From the NCBI GenBank assembly GCA_041662125.1, contig JBAZTA010000003.1, positions 264,962 through 328,961 of the forward strand: a stretch of DNA of 64,000 nucleotides, read 5' to 3'. The position numbers and the translations under genes were made by a program. This document shows, one piece after another, positions 37,170-47,027 of the stretch. The DNA is from Candidatus Omnitrophota bacterium. GTDB taxonomy: Bacteria > Omnitrophota > Gorgyraeia > Gygaellales > Profunditerraquicolaceae. The notes under the pieces are model-generated. The model had not been told where the DNA came from. It ran no database searches and worked only from the letters and a program-made list of their open reading frames with translations. Within the stretch, counting starts at the first letter, position 1; each line of letters starts with the position of its first letter.

Positions 37170-38222
37170 TTAGGCTTCTTCCTGATCTTCAATGCTATAT
37201 CGCAGCTCGTTATCAAGCTGGCGCGACTGAAGCATATACTCCAGCTGTTTTAAACGGTTAGTCATTCTACCCCTGAATTGATCTTCATTGAATTTAACTT
37301 TCTTGAAAAACTCAACCAGCTCTTCTCCGCCTCTGATTAAATCCCATTCAGGCTTAAAATAATCTTTCAAAACTGTCAATATCTTCTTAAAACTGACACG
37401 GTATGTCCGGGAATCTTTCCCGTGCTCGCCGGTAAAAATAAGTTTACTCCCCTTTACGGCCTTCTGCGCTGCTTCCCCAAGGTCTCTGACCGTAAAATTG
37501 CCGTTAGGGATACCGACATTAAATGATTGATTCGCAACCAGGTCTTTTGGCGCTTCTAACCCCGCGATAAAAGCACTTGAAACATCCCTGATATGCACCA
37601 CCGGCCTCCAGGGTGTTCCGTCGCTTTTAATCTCAATCTTACCCGTCGTGTAAGCACACCCTACCAGGCTGTTATAAACAATATCGCAGCGCAGCCGCGG
37701 GCTTGCCCCAAAGACAGTTGATGGACGAAAAGCAACAACTACAAAATCCCGGGTTCCCAGCTCCCGCAGCTTCAATTCAGCAAGCCATTTTGTTTTCGCA
37801 TAGACCGTAATAGGATTCTTTTCACTTGTATCTTCATCCAGCTCGCCTTCTACATTTGAGACCCCATACATACTCTGGGATGATGAATATATAAAGCGTT
37901 TAACTCCCGCCTTTTTTGCTAAAGCAGCTAAGGAAACCGTCGCATGAAAATTTATTTCTTCAGTCAAACGCGGTTCCAACGCGCCTAAGGGGTCGTTAGA
38001 AAGCCCGGCTAAATGGATAACAGCATCAAAACCTTCAACATCCCCCAACACAATATCCCGAATATCTTTCCTGATCATGGTATATGCATGCTTTGCCGGA
38101 AACAGGCTGTTTTGGGCGTAATAATCAACATCATACCCAACAATGTCGTAGCCCTTCTCGATCAACATTCCTGTTAATACACTCCCAATATATCCTCGGT
38201 CACCCGTAACCAGAATTTTCAC
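37170..38222 (-). CDS. NAD-dependent epimerase/dehydratase-family protein (GalE/WcaG-like)
   Basis: 350 aa. GTG start with SD 'GAGGT'. 'ILVTGDRGYIGSVLTGML'. 'YAKTKWLAE'. Paralog of 53447..54454. Confidence 0.7.
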   Translation of the reverse strand: MKILVTGDRGYIGSVLTGMLIEKGYDIVGYDVDYYAQNSLFPAKHAYTMIRKDIRDIVLGDVEGFDAVIHLAGLSNDPLGALEPRLTEEINFHATVSLAALAKKAGVKRFIYSSSQSMYGVSNVEGELDEDTSEKNPITVYAKTKWLAELKLRELGTRDFVVVAFRPSTVFGASPRLRCDIVYNSLVGCAYTTGKIEIKSDGTPWRPVVHIRDVSSAFIAGLEAPKDLVANQSFNVGIPNGNFTVRDLGEAAQKAVKGSKLIFTGEHGKDSRTYRVSFKKILTVLKDYFKPEWDLIRGGEELVEFFKKVKFNEDQFRGRMTNRLKQLEYMLQSRQLDNELRYSIEDQEEA

Positions 38223-38278
38223 GTAATTACCTCGATTTGCTAAAAATCTTTTAACGCTTTCTTTAGTACAAGAATAAA

Positions 38279-38307
38279 ATTATATACCTGCCTTCCGGTA
38301 AAGTCAA
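38279..38307 (-). promoter_or_regulatory. Near-consensus sigma70-type promoter TTGACT-N17-TATAAT (minus strand)
   Basis: Read from the reverse complement of the 129-bp gap: 'ggTTGACTttaccggaaggcaggtaTATAATttt'. The -10 element sits about 57 nt upstream of the GTG of the epimerase at 38222. Confidence 0.5.
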
Positions 38308-38351
38308 CCCCGTTTCAAATATTGGCAGAATGATTTTTCAAGAAAATATTT

Positions 38352-39506
38352 TTATACTGATTCTTTTACGTTTTGCTTATTGATCCAGTCGGCGAATTCT
38401 TTTATATTCGAAATATCTTTCAAAAGGATCGCCCCCTGCCAGAGGCTTTGCACTTTAGACTTCTTTGCGCCTGCCAAGAGAAGAAATAAGCGCTGCCAAC
38501 TCTGCGTATCAAAAAATATCGTCAATACGCACAACCAGTCAAAAAAAGACAATTTTCCCATCCAGCGGATAATATCACCCCCAGAAGCAGCCCGGGAACG
38601 ATACTGCAGATACCAGGAATAAACCTGCCGACGCACGTAATTTGCCCGGCTGATCTCAACAGCACTCAAAAGCTCAGGATAATTAGTCTTGAGAAGTTGC
38701 AGCCACACATACATGCAATTATTAAGCTCAATCCCCGCAAGCCTGCCTTTGAAATCAGAATTTATCCCTAAATATTTCTTGCCTTCATCCTGTTTGTCGC
38801 TATACACGTAATGGCCAAAGGATTTAGGAGAAACCCCGACTACCAGCATTTTTTCAGGAAGAAATACCCAGGAATTAACGGTCAACAATAAAGAATTTAA
38901 CGCGTAATGGTCAGGAAATGGCGGTTGAAAAGCCCCACCCTTGATCGTATTCATTGCTTTGCGCGACATTAATGTCGTCTGCATATTCAGAGGGATACGA
39001 TTACGGAAAGAGAACATGTCACGGACAATTGAAAGCCTTTTTTCCGTTAAAATTAATCCTTCTCTTGTGAAATCCGGCCCAAAATTAAAAAAAGGATCTT
39101 TATAAAAACTATTGGCGTTTCCGCTAATTGAATGAGGCGCTACATAACTATACGCGTTATAGGTGACACAGTCAGGATCATGATACGCATGTAAGACTTC
39201 TGCCATGCGGGAAAAATATCCCGGAAGCAGGCAATCATCATCACCCATCATCAATACATAATCGCCGCGGCTCGACTGGAGCGCACGATTCCAATTCTCG
39301 GTCACACACACCGGTTCTTCTAACGTCACCACTTTCAGGCGCTTATCAGAGATAAAAGAATGAATAACTTTTTTAGTTTCATCGGTATTGGCATTATCAG
39401 AAACGACTAACTCCATATCCTGGTACGGCTCATCTAAGATAGAATGCATGCAATGCGAGAGGAAACGCCCTCCGTTACGAGTAGGCAGCAGCACAGAAAA
39501 TTTCAC
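38352..39506 (-). CDS. Glycosyltransferase family 2
   Basis: 384 aa. 'SVLLPTRNGGRFLSHCMHSIL' and 'VVSDNANTDETKKV' (DxD region) of the GT2 family. Confidence 0.75.
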   Translation of the reverse strand: MKFSVLLPTRNGGRFLSHCMHSILDEPYQDMELVVSDNANTDETKKVIHSFISDKRLKVVTLEEPVCVTENWNRALQSSRGDYVLMMGDDDCLLPGYFSRMAEVLHAYHDPDCVTYNAYSYVAPHSISGNANSFYKDPFFNFGPDFTREGLILTEKRLSIVRDMFSFRNRIPLNMQTTLMSRKAMNTIKGGAFQPPFPDHYALNSLLLTVNSWVFLPEKMLVVGVSPKSFGHYVYSDKQDEGKKYLGINSDFKGRLAGIELNNCMYVWLQLLKTNYPELLSAVEISRANYVRRQVYSWYLQYRSRAASGGDIIRWMGKLSFFDWLCVLTIFFDTQSWQRLFLLLAGAKKSKVQSLWQGAILLKDISNIKEFADWINKQNVKESV

Positions 39507-40756
39507 TTCTTATTCTCCTTATCTTTAAGATTCAGATATATTTCTTCAACATAACCGCTCCTGACCCATGAAGCATTTCTCCCAAGGCGTTTAAAACCCC
39601 CTACCTGAGCAACAACTTCAGGCACCCATACCTGCGGTTTTCCATGCACGATACTATAAGCTTCATGATTATAACTGAAAAATATGCCGCGCAGGCGCTT
39701 TTTCGCAAACGAGATATACGCGCTTACGATTTCTTCCGACATCTCCGGCATGCTGTTTTCATTCACCAACACATCGATATCCTGCTTTATTGCCGGCTCA
39801 AAAGCAACATTCGGCAGGATAGATATACAAGCGCTTGATTGGTCAATTTCTCCGTATAACTTCACCTGCCTTACGGTGAACGCCTGCGATAAAAAATATC
39901 CCTGCAACACGTTTATTAACGGCAAATCAATAATAGTATACGTTCTGATCTTAAGGTCCTTAAGTTTCAACAACCAATACGCTAATCCTCCAAAACCAGC
40001 GCCAATTTCCAGCAGATTGAGCTCATTGCCTGCTGTAACATTCAAATGATCCCGGGCAGCCTGACTGATACGCAGTGCGACATAAAGATGTTCAGGATGT
40101 TCCATAGTTATTAACGAACTATTCGCTTTAACGCCGTAGGGACTGCCTATATCAGGGAATCCTATTGAGATGCCCAAACAGGCTTCGATTTGAGAGACAA
40201 CTGCTGTAATCCCGTCCTTTAAACCATACGCTCTAAGCCCTTGTTGAGTAGATTCAGCGCGTACCAAACCCAAGTATTCCGCCAATGAAACCACATTGTC
40301 TTGATATTTCAATGACCAGATTTTACTTCCTATCCGGCTCTTGGAATGTTCCACTAAACTCCCCGAAGCTAAACCATACACAAAATCCTCCCGGAACATC
40401 CTGGATAAAAGCAAAGCTAATTCGTGCGCGTTTCCTCTCTCAACAACAGTCATAAGCTTCCCGGAATAACGCTTAAGGCCTTCTGACCAGATCAGGCTCG
40501 TATTGTTTTCTGGCGTTGATCTCTCAGCGGTAGCTTTACGATACGCGGCGATCAAACGTTCACATAAAACCACGTCTTCTTGAGATACCTCTTTAGCCTT
40601 ATTGTATATGATTTTCAACGTAGGGACCTTTTTTAAATTAAAAACCCAAAGATAGTGCTTCAAATATTTAAGCAGATCATAATTTATAAGCGAAACCCCC
40701 ATCGCCCGGGAGAGCCTGCTGTTGAGGATTTTTTTTATACTGTTCTTTAAAAACAT
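39503..40756 (-). CDS. Putative SAM-dependent (sugar O-)methyltransferase, large LIC12133-like type
   Basis: 417 aa. Motif I 'LLEIGAGFGGLAYWLL' in the C-terminal half. Long N-terminal domain of unknown function. Confidence 0.45.
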   Translation of the reverse strand: MFLKNSIKKILNSRLSRAMGVSLINYDLLKYLKHYLWVFNLKKVPTLKIIYNKAKEVSQEDVVLCERLIAAYRKATAERSTPENNTSLIWSEGLKRYSGKLMTVVERGNAHELALLLSRMFREDFVYGLASGSLVEHSKSRIGSKIWSLKYQDNVVSLAEYLGLVRAESTQQGLRAYGLKDGITAVVSQIEACLGISIGFPDIGSPYGVKANSSLITMEHPEHLYVALRISQAARDHLNVTAGNELNLLEIGAGFGGLAYWLLKLKDLKIRTYTIIDLPLINVLQGYFLSQAFTVRQVKLYGEIDQSSACISILPNVAFEPAIKQDIDVLVNENSMPEMSEEIVSAYISFAKKRLRGIFFSYNHEAYSIVHGKPQVWVPEVVAQVGGFKRLGRNASWVRSGYVEEIYLNLKDKENKK

Positions 40757-40770
40757 TTTTGTATCTCTGA

Positions 40771-41658
40771 TTAAGGTTTGATTTTTTGAAAAACAACCGT
40801 ATAGGCGCTGCTTTTACCTTTCAGGCGGTCAAACACATTCATGGGCAGGGCAACAAGATACCCCAAACAAAAAGCTAACTTCTGAAACAAACGGCTGGAG
40901 CATCGATTCATCAGATACCGCTGCCAGCCAAATCTATTCCAACTTCGTGCGCCTTTATCATTAAAACTAACCAGCATCGGTTCTAATCCTAAAGGCTTCA
41001 TGTGTTTTATCAAAAGCTCAAGCGGGATCAAACAAAGGTGCCGAGGCGCATCCACATGAGGCCAGCATGCTCCCTGAAACCGGAATTGCGCTGCAGCAGG
41101 ATTCGGCGTTGCTATTAAAAAGACCCCTTTATCATTAAGCTTTTGCGCTGCCTTGGAAATAAATTCCCACGGAAACGGCAAATGTTCGATCACATGCCAT
41201 AAGGCGATCACATCATAGTTTTTTGCCGAGTCAAGGGCTGTATGCGGCGAATTACTTTGTACGGTTTTAACGCCAATGGTGTTACGTAAAAACTCGCAGC
41301 ACTTCTTTTCCTTCTCAATTACTTCCACATCAAAACCTGCAGTTTTTGCCTGATACGCGAAAATTCCAAATCCCGGGCCAACTTCAAGCAGGCGTCCGGT
41401 TTTGACAAAAGCAGTGACCATTGCAAGCTGATACGCCTCTTTACGGGCGACTGATCTTACTTTTTCTACTGTCGGCGGACAATAATACTCATCCCCATAA
41501 TACGCATCAAGGTCAACAGGGATATTTGACAAAAAGATCAATTGGCACTCAAAACACAACCGATAGTCAAAAATTTCGCCGGAAACTTTCCTGTTCACAT
41601 CTTTGGTTTTAAACACGATGCCAGAATCTTTTTTACAGCGGGGACAGGTTTCCTGCAT
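40771..41658 (-). CDS. Class I SAM-dependent methyltransferase with N-terminal zinc-ribbon
   Basis: 'CPRCKK...CFECQ' and motif I 'LLEVGPGFGIFAYQA'. Start uncertain; the track Met at 41724 overlaps the upstream gene by 56 nt. Confidence 0.6.
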   Translation of the reverse strand: MQETCPRCKKDSGIVFKTKDVNRKVSGEIFDYRLCFECQLIFLSNIPVDLDAYYGDEYYCPPTVEKVRSVARKEAYQLAMVTAFVKTGRLLEVGPGFGIFAYQAKTAGFDVEVIEKEKKCCEFLRNTIGVKTVQSNSPHTALDSAKNYDVIALWHVIEHLPFPWEFISKAAQKLNDKGVFLIATPNPAAAQFRFQGACWPHVDAPRHLCLIPLELLIKHMKPLGLEPMLVSFNDKGARSWNRFGWQRYLMNRCSSRLFQKLAFCLGYLVALPMNVFDRLKGKSSAYTVVFQKIKP

Positions 41659-41668
41659 AAACTTTATT

Positions 41669-42580
41669 TTATCCTTTCGGCACCGTAAGCTTCCACCAGG
41701 CAATGGTCTTATCAAGGGCTTCATTCATACTGAATTTAGGTGACCAATTGACTTGGTCTTTTAATCTCTTAACAGAGGCGATCAAAACCGATGGCTCATC
41801 AGGTGAAACCTTAAGTAACCCAAATTTCACTAAAGCAGGCCGGCCGACCTTTCCGGCAATAAGGCCAATGATATCTTTTATTGAAACAGCTTCACCTGAG
41901 CCGATATTAACTGCCCCTTCGATAGTGCTTTCCAGGATGGATACAAACGCTCCAGCGACATCTTCGACGTATAAAAAATCGCGTTTTTGGCTGCCTGACG
42001 AACAAGCCACCTCTTTACCCTGCAAAAGAGAACAAATAACCGACGGCACTAACCGGGCGGGATGTTCTCCCGGCCCGTAAACGAAAAAAATCCTTCCCCA
42101 GGCCCAGCTCAAATGAGTTTCCAGAGAAAATTCTTCCAACTTCCGACGAAACTCATTTTTACACCTACCATATACAGTCGCTGGCGCTAAAGGAGTCGCT
42201 GTCTCATCGCAGCATTCTTTTGTCCAATCATACTCAGCGCAGGTACCCGCCGCAACAACGCGTATTCCACCGTACTTTTGAAAAGTACGGGCTAAAAACA
42301 GGCTTGCCTGGACCCAATCATAATTCTCTTGAGCAGTCCAATATTTTTTATGCTCTGTATACCAGGCTAAATGCAATAAATGAGTCGGTTTTACCTTCTG
42401 CATCAACGCTTCTATATCAGAAGTGTTAAGTAAATCCGCCTGGTGCCATACAATCTCATTCTTTGGAGATTGATCATTGAGAAGCGAAACAGCATGGACT
42501 TCATAGCCTTTTTCAATAAGTAATGGTAACAGGTGTCTTCCAATAAAACCTTGAGATCCGGTAACCAGGATTTTCTTCAT
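41669..42580 (-). CDS. NAD-dependent epimerase/dehydratase-family reductase
   Basis: 303 aa. 'ILVTGSQGFIGRHLLPLL'. Paralog of 34456..35343. Confidence 0.65.
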   Translation of the reverse strand: MKKILVTGSQGFIGRHLLPLLIEKGYEVHAVSLLNDQSPKNEIVWHQADLLNTSDIEALMQKVKPTHLLHLAWYTEHKKYWTAQENYDWVQASLFLARTFQKYGGIRVVAAGTCAEYDWTKECCDETATPLAPATVYGRCKNEFRRKLEEFSLETHLSWAWGRIFFVYGPGEHPARLVPSVICSLLQGKEVACSSGSQKRDFLYVEDVAGAFVSILESTIEGAVNIGSGEAVSIKDIIGLIAGKVGRPALVKFGLLKVSPDEPSVLIASVKRLKDQVNWSPKFSMNEALDKTIAWWKLTVPKG

Positions 42581-42615
42581 ATTCTTTTAAAGCGGCACGC
42601 GCCTGTGATCACGTA

Positions 42616-45270
42616 TCAATCGGCGTCATCGTTTAACAAAAAAGCATATTTTCTTAAAAAATCCCTGCCGATCCTTGATAGCGAACCATATGAATAATGC
42701 GTAGGATTCATCAACGCTTTAAAACGGCTCTGCAGCAGTTCATCTTCTTTTCCATAGGTAAGCAAACCGTCTTTTTTATCTAACATTTCCAAGGCCAATT
42801 CACGGATATCAGCCGGAGTATTTTCGTGAGGGCTGGCCCCGGCCCGGACAAATAAATGGTCAAACAAAAAATGGCCAAGGGGTGATTGAAGAACCTCTTT
42901 GAAACGTAAATAGCGTTTTTCTTTTTCTGACCATATAAGTTTCGGGATTCCGATATCATCGGCCCCGTACGGCAGGGATCCGCAGAGATGCGCGTAATTA
43001 GCGATTGCCGCAGAAACACCAAAAATACTGGCAACGTGGTATAAACCGGAATCACTTCCCAGAAAAAATTTACAACTGGCGCAAAGAAAAACATCAAGCT
43101 GTTGGCTTTTATTTTTTGAATGCGCATAATCGATAACATGTTCCTGGTAAGGCAGCGGCTTCATGGTCGCATCACCCATACGCACAACCCATCCTCCCCT
43201 CTTCACAATAGCCTCAACCGCTAAAAGATAATTATTGATATCGGCGTTACGCAGCGACTGGTTAACCTGGCCAAGATACCCATCTTCCCGGCAATGCAGG
43301 CAGACAAACCATGCACCCTGCGGCATACCTTGTTCCTCAAGAAAGGCCTGCCCGCGTTTACGGTCAGTTTCGCTTAATTTCAGAAGCGGCGGACGGCTAG
43401 CGAATTTCTTTTGAATTTCAGGAAAATACGCTGCCCCTTCAGAAAAAGCAAAACGATACGTTGCATACCCGGTCAGTTGATTACGGGCCAGCGGCTCCAA
43501 TAACGAACAAAGCCAGGCAGAACGAATAATGCGAAGATATTTTTCCCAATATCCTAAAAGATGAGCGTTAGAAACCTTACCAGGATGCGCAAGAAGGATC
43601 GTATTGTATTGAGGCCTCATACCCAGTATACCCTCTTTCAGATAACCATCGATCTCAATACAAAGATGCCCAATCGCCCGCTCAGACAAATAAATAAATC
43701 TTACATTAAACAGCCTGCAGATCGGATAGCAAACGATACCTGCAGCCTGACAAAATACTTTATAAATAATCTGCTGCGCGGCTTTTCCCACACAATATAA
43801 AATCCCTTTTTCTTTTAATCTACGGATAAAATATTCATTCCGCAGCGATAATTCCAGCTGTTCAAGGTTATCCTTATGCCACAACCTTCGGCAGCGCTGC
43901 CAGGTCAATACGACAAAAGGAAAAACAAGCAGATTAACTGCTAAAAAACTCCAGGACATCCCCTCTACCCCATAACGACGCCCTAAAACAACCGTGCAGA
44001 AACCGGTAACAATACCAAAAGTTAATGATATCCATAAAAGCGGTTCTCTCTTATGCGCTCTTAAATAGGCGGAAAGCGGCAAGGTCAATGTTGAGATACC
44101 TTGTGCAGCCAGAAAAACAGCTACAGGTAACGGAGATAAAATACGCGATGAGAATGGGTGGCCCGCCTGGTAAAGCATAAATACCAAGAACCACACCATT
44201 ACAGAAACACCCGCGGTTATAACCGTAAAGATCCTCGTTGTCCTCCAAAAAAGCTCATCAAGTTTTTTATAATCTTTTCGGGCGATCAAAATCCCGAATT
44301 GGGGGACCCGGGGAGATAACCACGCTGCCGCGATACCGGCAATAGCGCCGATAACACTCCAGGTCATGCCAAATTGTCCAGCAATAACCGGCCCGTGATA
44401 CCGAAAAAGTATTGGAGTAAAAAGAGAAAAAACAAAATATCCGCTGATCCAACTCAGCGCTATCCTCCATTGCATAGGAAGGATCTCTTTGCGCCAGTCA
44501 ATACGGCATGCGGATGGCTTGGTAAAAAGAAGTGTTTTAATAAATCCGCTGTATCGATATTTAAAGAATATAACGGAACATATAATAATTGAAGCGACAG
44601 AAAGCGAAGCTGCCCACAATCGCGCGCCGGCAAGTATAGCGATCCAAACAGTTAAACTTGAAACTATTCCCTGCAGGAACCGGTATGTGTAAACCGAGGC
44701 AACTTGATTACAGCCCTCCAAGATTGACCACAGAGGGATGAAACAAACAATAATGCCGGTAAGAAAACACAGCGTAAACCAAGGTAATGGCCAATCCACA
44801 CTGGAAATTGCTGAATGCGAGAAAAAAACATATCCTCCCAGGCCTAAACCAAAAGCAATGATACATCCGCCAACCAGATACCAGCGGCTCGTAATATGCG
44901 CTAAACTGATTAACCGTGATAAAGCAGCACTATCTCCCGTAATACCCCGGTCTTTATCTAAACGTAATTTCGACCACTCGTGACTGGCGAATTGGATAAT
45001 AACGGTCCCCAGCCCTAATTCCACAAAAATTTGCAACGCTAACAAACTGCTGAAAGTATAATAATATCCCTGGTATTCAGGAGAAAAGCGAAGCGTTATT
45101 AATAACGCCGTCAACGGACCGGCAATAATACTCCACCCTCTGCTTAAAATTCCAAAAAAAACAGGGCGGTCAACCTCAAACTTTGACAAAAGATTGATTA
45201 TCCGGTCTTTAAACAAAACTGCGATCGATTTCTTTTTATAGAGGGCCGATTCCATCAGTTTAGATTTCAT
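42616..45270 (-). CDS. Fusion protein: N-terminal Wzx/MOP-like polytopic membrane domain + C-terminal soluble transferase-like domain
   Basis: 884 aa. Residues about 1-480 contain at least 12 hydrophobic helices. Residues about 480-884 are hydrophilic with conserved Cys/His and no canonical motif ('...GAWFVCLHCREDGYLG...FLGSDSGLYHV...'). Confidence 0.5.
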   Translation of the reverse strand: MKSKLMESALYKKKSIAVLFKDRIINLLSKFEVDRPVFFGILSRGWSIIAGPLTALLITLRFSPEYQGYYYTFSSLLALQIFVELGLGTVIIQFASHEWSKLRLDKDRGITGDSAALSRLISLAHITSRWYLVGGCIIAFGLGLGGYVFFSHSAISSVDWPLPWFTLCFLTGIIVCFIPLWSILEGCNQVASVYTYRFLQGIVSSLTVWIAILAGARLWAASLSVASIIICSVIFFKYRYSGFIKTLLFTKPSACRIDWRKEILPMQWRIALSWISGYFVFSLFTPILFRYHGPVIAGQFGMTWSVIGAIAGIAAAWLSPRVPQFGILIARKDYKKLDELFWRTTRIFTVITAGVSVMVWFLVFMLYQAGHPFSSRILSPLPVAVFLAAQGISTLTLPLSAYLRAHKREPLLWISLTFGIVTGFCTVVLGRRYGVEGMSWSFLAVNLLVFPFVVLTWQRCRRLWHKDNLEQLELSLRNEYFIRRLKEKGILYCVGKAAQQIIYKVFCQAAGIVCYPICRLFNVRFIYLSERAIGHLCIEIDGYLKEGILGMRPQYNTILLAHPGKVSNAHLLGYWEKYLRIIRSAWLCSLLEPLARNQLTGYATYRFAFSEGAAYFPEIQKKFASRPPLLKLSETDRKRGQAFLEEQGMPQGAWFVCLHCREDGYLGQVNQSLRNADINNYLLAVEAIVKRGGWVVRMGDATMKPLPYQEHVIDYAHSKNKSQQLDVFLCASCKFFLGSDSGLYHVASIFGVSAAIANYAHLCGSLPYGADDIGIPKLIWSEKEKRYLRFKEVLQSPLGHFLFDHLFVRAGASPHENTPADIRELALEMLDKKDGLLTYGKEDELLQSRFKALMNPTHYSYGSLSRIGRDFLRKYAFLLNDDAD

Positions 45271-46303
45271 TCATTCTAACCAGTACGCGCCCGGCGGCTG
45301 TATGCTCCATGAATCTCAGAGCTTCATTAATATCTTCTAACTCGTAAACGCGGCAAATCAATTTCCCCAGGTTAAGTTTACCTGCAATGGCGAATTTTGC
45401 GAACTTCGGGATATCCCTGTCCGGCTGTGTTTCTCCTCCCCAGCTACCAATGATCCGTTTACCTTTAATAAAATCAAACGGGTCTATGTGGATCTTTTGG
45501 CCTTCACTGAGATTACCAGCAATAACACATAAGCCTCCCTTATCCTTCACTGATTTAAAAGCAAATTCCATCGATTCTTTTTTTCCCGCACATTCAAACG
45601 AAAAGTCAGCTCCGCGAGGCAAAATTAAGCCGAGAGCTGCCAAAACATCTTCTTTTTGAGCATGTATGGTATGCGTGGCGCCAAAAGATCTTGCCAAAGT
45701 AAGCCGCTCATCAGAAATATCAACTGCAATAATAATTTCAGCTTCATTCAAGCAGGCAGCCAGAAGGGCGCTTAAGCCGATCCCCCCCATCCCAAAAATA
45801 ACCACACTGCTTCCTTTTTTAACCTGAGCAGTATTTATTACAATGCCGGCGCCTGTAGGGATCGCACAACCCAACAATGCTGCTTGGTCAAGGGCCAGCT
45901 CATTTGGTATTTTGACTAAGCGGTTTTCAGAAACAACCGCTTTGGTCAAAAACGTAGAGATCGCGCCGGAATTGATCAGCCTTCCGTCAAGCGCCTTATA
46001 CGCAGCCGAGGGAATATCTAACCCATTGCCTTTGATCCAGGTCAAAACAACGCGGTCTTTCGGCTTAACCTTAGTTACGCCCTCTCCAATAGCTTCGACT
46101 ACCCCGGAACCTTCATGCCCCAAGGTATGCGGAAGAAACTTATCTTCTCCTTTTAAACCATGGATCTCATTTAACTGGGAATGACAGATCCCGCTGTAAG
46201 CGACATTGACAAGCACCTGGCCGTGTTTGAGAGGCGGAACATTAAGTTTTTCAAGAATCAAAGGCCTGTTTATTTGAGTTAATACTGCCGCGGTAGTTTC
46301 CAT
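45260..46303 (-). CDS. Zinc-dependent medium-chain alcohol/polyol dehydrogenase
   Basis: 'GICHSQLNEIHG' and 'GHEGSGVVEAIGEGV' Zn-ADH signatures. 'GMGGIGLSAL' Rossmann. Start trimmed to 'METTAAVL' with SD AGGAG. Confidence 0.7.
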   Translation of the reverse strand: METTAAVLTQINRPLILEKLNVPPLKHGQVLVNVAYSGICHSQLNEIHGLKGEDKFLPHTLGHEGSGVVEAIGEGVTKVKPKDRVVLTWIKGNGLDIPSAAYKALDGRLINSGAISTFLTKAVVSENRLVKIPNELALDQAALLGCAIPTGAGIVINTAQVKKGSSVVIFGMGGIGLSALLAACLNEAEIIIAVDISDERLTLARSFGATHTIHAQKEDVLAALGLILPRGADFSFECAGKKESMEFAFKSVKDKGGLCVIAGNLSEGQKIHIDPFDFIKGKRIIGSWGGETQPDRDIPKFAKFAIAGKLNLGKLICRVYELEDINEALRFMEHTAAGRVLVRMNEI

Positions 46304-46334
46304 AGAGTATTCTCCTGCATAAATTAGAGAGTGT

Positions 46335-47006
46335 TTAATCAGCAATAAACCACCAGTAATCACCGTTAAAACCTACTTCTGAAAACAGCTTTTTCCAATC
46401 ATCAACATGCATCATCGTCTCGGCAGTAAGCACCCATTTAAAAAGATTCTCACGTTCCAGGTCATTGCGCCAGGCATCAACAGTAATATAGCTGTGGCCG
46501 CGCGAAACCCGTTCTATTTCACGCAGAGAATTTTTAAGGCGTTCAAGCGGAAGGTTATGTATCGAATTTATGGAAATAACCAGGTCAAAACTTTTATCGG
46601 GAAAGGGCAGTATTTCAGCGCTTGCTATCTTAAGATATGGTTTAACATCTTCCAGGGCATTTTCAATCGCGTAGCGGCTGACATCGACACCGGCGATTGC
46701 AGCTTTCGGCAACGCTACTTTAAAATCATAAAGGAGGAAGCCTTTCGCGCATCCAATATCCAAGACCGCGGCATTATCGGGTAAATGATAATATTCTATC
46801 AAGCGTTTCACGACCAGTTTCCAACGTCCGTCATACTTGTAACCGCCGTACCCGCACTTTCTATCACCGTCAAAAAAATCTTTACCGAACTCTTTAGCGA
46901 GTTTAATAATATCCTTTGTTTTCTCTTGCGCGCGCCGATCATAATCTCGCGCGGTCTTTGGATGTGAATCTAATAAATTGATCTCTTTTCCCATATTCAG
47001 TATCAA
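46335..47006 (-). CDS. Class I SAM-dependent methyltransferase
   Basis: 223 aa. 'VLDIGCAKGFLLYDF'. Confidence 0.7.
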   Translation of the reverse strand: MILNMGKEINLLDSHPKTARDYDRRAQEKTKDIIKLAKEFGKDFFDGDRKCGYGGYKYDGRWKLVVKRLIEYYHLPDNAAVLDIGCAKGFLLYDFKVALPKAAIAGVDVSRYAIENALEDVKPYLKIASAEILPFPDKSFDLVISINSIHNLPLERLKNSLREIERVSRGHSYITVDAWRNDLERENLFKWVLTAETMMHVDDWKKLFSEVGFNGDYWWFIAD

Positions 47007-47027
47007 CGCCTCCCTATCGTTTATCCA

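Noticed and set aside
38311-38351. AAATATT ... AATATTT inverted repeat after the GT2 stop, as a possible terminator
   Set aside because: The 7-bp all-A/T stem with a 21-nt loop is thermodynamically negligible.
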